A stretch of DNA of 64,000 nucleotides, taken from contig CM000433.1 of NCBI GenBank assembly GCA_000165345.1, positions 96,001 through 160,000 of the forward strand. The letters run 5' to 3'. The notes beneath the pieces are model-generated. The model ran no database searches, had not been told where the DNA came from, and was given only the letters and a program-made list of their open reading frames with translations. Shown here one piece after another: positions 63,111-64,000 of the stretch (positions are counted from its first letter, which is position 1; each line of letters starts with the position of its first letter). Made by a program: the position numbers and the translations under genes.

Positions 63111-63713
63111 ATGATAATATGTTTGGGACCATTTTGTATTCCAGTATGGAATATTTTTCTGTTTCTATTTGCTCTGATCGGTCCAATAATTAATTTTTTG
63201 AAGAGGATATTTCTCGGAAAAAAGTCAAATATAAAAAATAGGGGTGAGCTAACTATTGGTAATCATGAGAAAATCTTAGAAGAGAAAGATTTAGCTGAAA
63301 TCGGTATAGAATCGCACCTTTTTAGGGAAAGTTACGAGAAAATCTTGAAATTAGTAGAATCACGAAATGTTTTGGAACTTGAAAATATTAATGATTGGGA
63401 AATATGTAAGCTTTTAGGAAAGAATTTGGAGCTTCCCATTCTGGTAGATTACTATGCAGATTGGTGTAACCCATGCAAAAAGATCTCCACCACTTTTAAG
63501 AAACTATGTAAAGAATATAATGGTATATTTATAAAAATTGACTACGAAACTCATACCAATTTTTGCTATGATATGGGCGTTTTCAGCCTTCCAACTTTTC
63601 ACTTTTGGATACTGGACAACAACTCCTATATTCTAGTAGACAAATTGGAAAGATCAGATTCTAAAGAATTAGAGAACCTCTTGGTAAAAAATAAATTCAA
63701 AATTATAAAATAA
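63111..63713 (+). CDS. thioredoxin-domain protein with N-terminal TM anchor, 200 aa
   Basis: ATG at 63111 verified. N-terminal hydrophobic segment (IICLGPFCIPVWNIFLFLFALIGPIINFL). Thioredoxin active site variant WCNPCK (canonical WCGPCK). Thioredoxin fold landmarks follow (SLPTFHFW). Confidence 0.65.
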   Translation: MIICLGPFCIPVWNIFLFLFALIGPIINFLKRIFLGKKSNIKNRGELTIGNHEKILEEKDLAEIGIESHLFRESYEKILKLVESRNVLELENINDWEICKLLGKNLELPILVDYYADWCNPCKKISTTFKKLCKEYNGIFIKIDYETHTNFCYDMGVFSLPTFHFWILDNNSYILVDKLERSDSKELENLLVKNKFKIIK

Positions 63714-63814
63714 CTATTACTTTTATTAATTTAAAAAAAAAGAGAAATTAATCCTCATATGAATGTTTAAACTATTTTCAAACGTAGTATTAATTCTTTT
63801 AACTTTTTTGTGAC

Positions 63815-64000
63815 CTAAATTAATGTCATTTTTTCCTGAACTGCAGTGTCTCTCATTGTATCATTGCCATTATCTTTATCTTTCACGTCATTATTTGAAT
63901 GTTCAATCTCAGAAAATAGATACTCTTGTTGGTAATCAATAAGATATTGAGTACTTCTCTTAACATCAATAAAAAGTGAATAGGCTTTTTTAATCTCGTC
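63815..64000 (-). CDS. 3' end of an unidentified gene running off the window (partial, C-terminal about 61 aa)
   Basis: Open frame on the minus strand from the window edge to TAG at 63815-63817 (...DEIKKAYSLFIDVKRSTQYLIDYQQEYLFSEIEHSNNDVKDKDNGNDTMRDTAVQEKMTLI*). No identification possible. Confidence 0.3.
   Translation of the reverse strand, partial: DEIKKAYSLFIDVKRSTQYLIDYQQEYLFSEIEHSNNDVKDKDNGNDTMRDTAVQEKMTLI

Noticed and set aside
63815-64000. Possible J-domain in the partial minus-strand gene (DEIKKAY...)
   Set aside because: Only a loose resemblance to the DnaJ helix II. No HPD tripeptide is visible in the available residues, so no call was made.

Overview
This window is a compact, AT-rich eukaryotic nuclear locus, not a prokaryotic one. 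I read it as an apicomplexan and most likely a Cryptosporidium-like genome. Three things point that way. Genes sit on both strands with short intergenic spacers (about 0.1-1.4 kb), and convergent partners stop within 2-14 nt of each other. Palindromic GGCGCC-core (E2F/DP-like) elements and TGCATGCA (ApiAP2-like) elements sit in nearly every divergent promoter. The gene content is apicomplexan: a minimal C-terminal-only adenylyl cyclase-associated protein (CAP), an alveolin with EKIVEVP repeats, and poly-Asn/poly-Ser low-complexity coding tracts.

From the translations I recognise: eIF3a; a PHD/AWS/SET H3K36-type methyltransferase; Rad51; C-CAP; a RING E3; an alpha/beta hydrolase; proteasome ubiquitin receptor Rpn13; a glycerophosphodiester phosphodiesterase; tRNA m1G9 methyltransferase TRM10; CTU1/NCS6 (2 exons); a tRNA-Thr(UGU); V-ATPase subunit D (2 exons); a two-domain GT31 fringe-like (B3GLCT-like) glycosyltransferase (about 6 exons, spanning a stretch of N base calls); a CPSF100/INTS9-type beta-CASP protein; a 3-exon MYND zinc-finger protein; a DUF1279/FAM210 protein; an actin-related protein; cytosolic leucyl-tRNA synthetase (3 exons, including a 473-nt intron); a YggS/PLPBP PLP-homeostasis protein; an ankyrin+bromodomain protein; an alveolin; a thioredoxin-like protein; and several large low-complexity hypothetical proteins.

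The supplied ORF track accepts TTG/GTG as start codons and ignores introns. I corrected starts and splice structures by hand where the sequence showed canonical GTAAGT...YAG introns that preserve phase. I see no evidence of mobile elements, CRISPR arrays or prokaryotic-style defence systems. The value of the region is in gene-model corrections, the promoter motif architecture and a few structural oddities.
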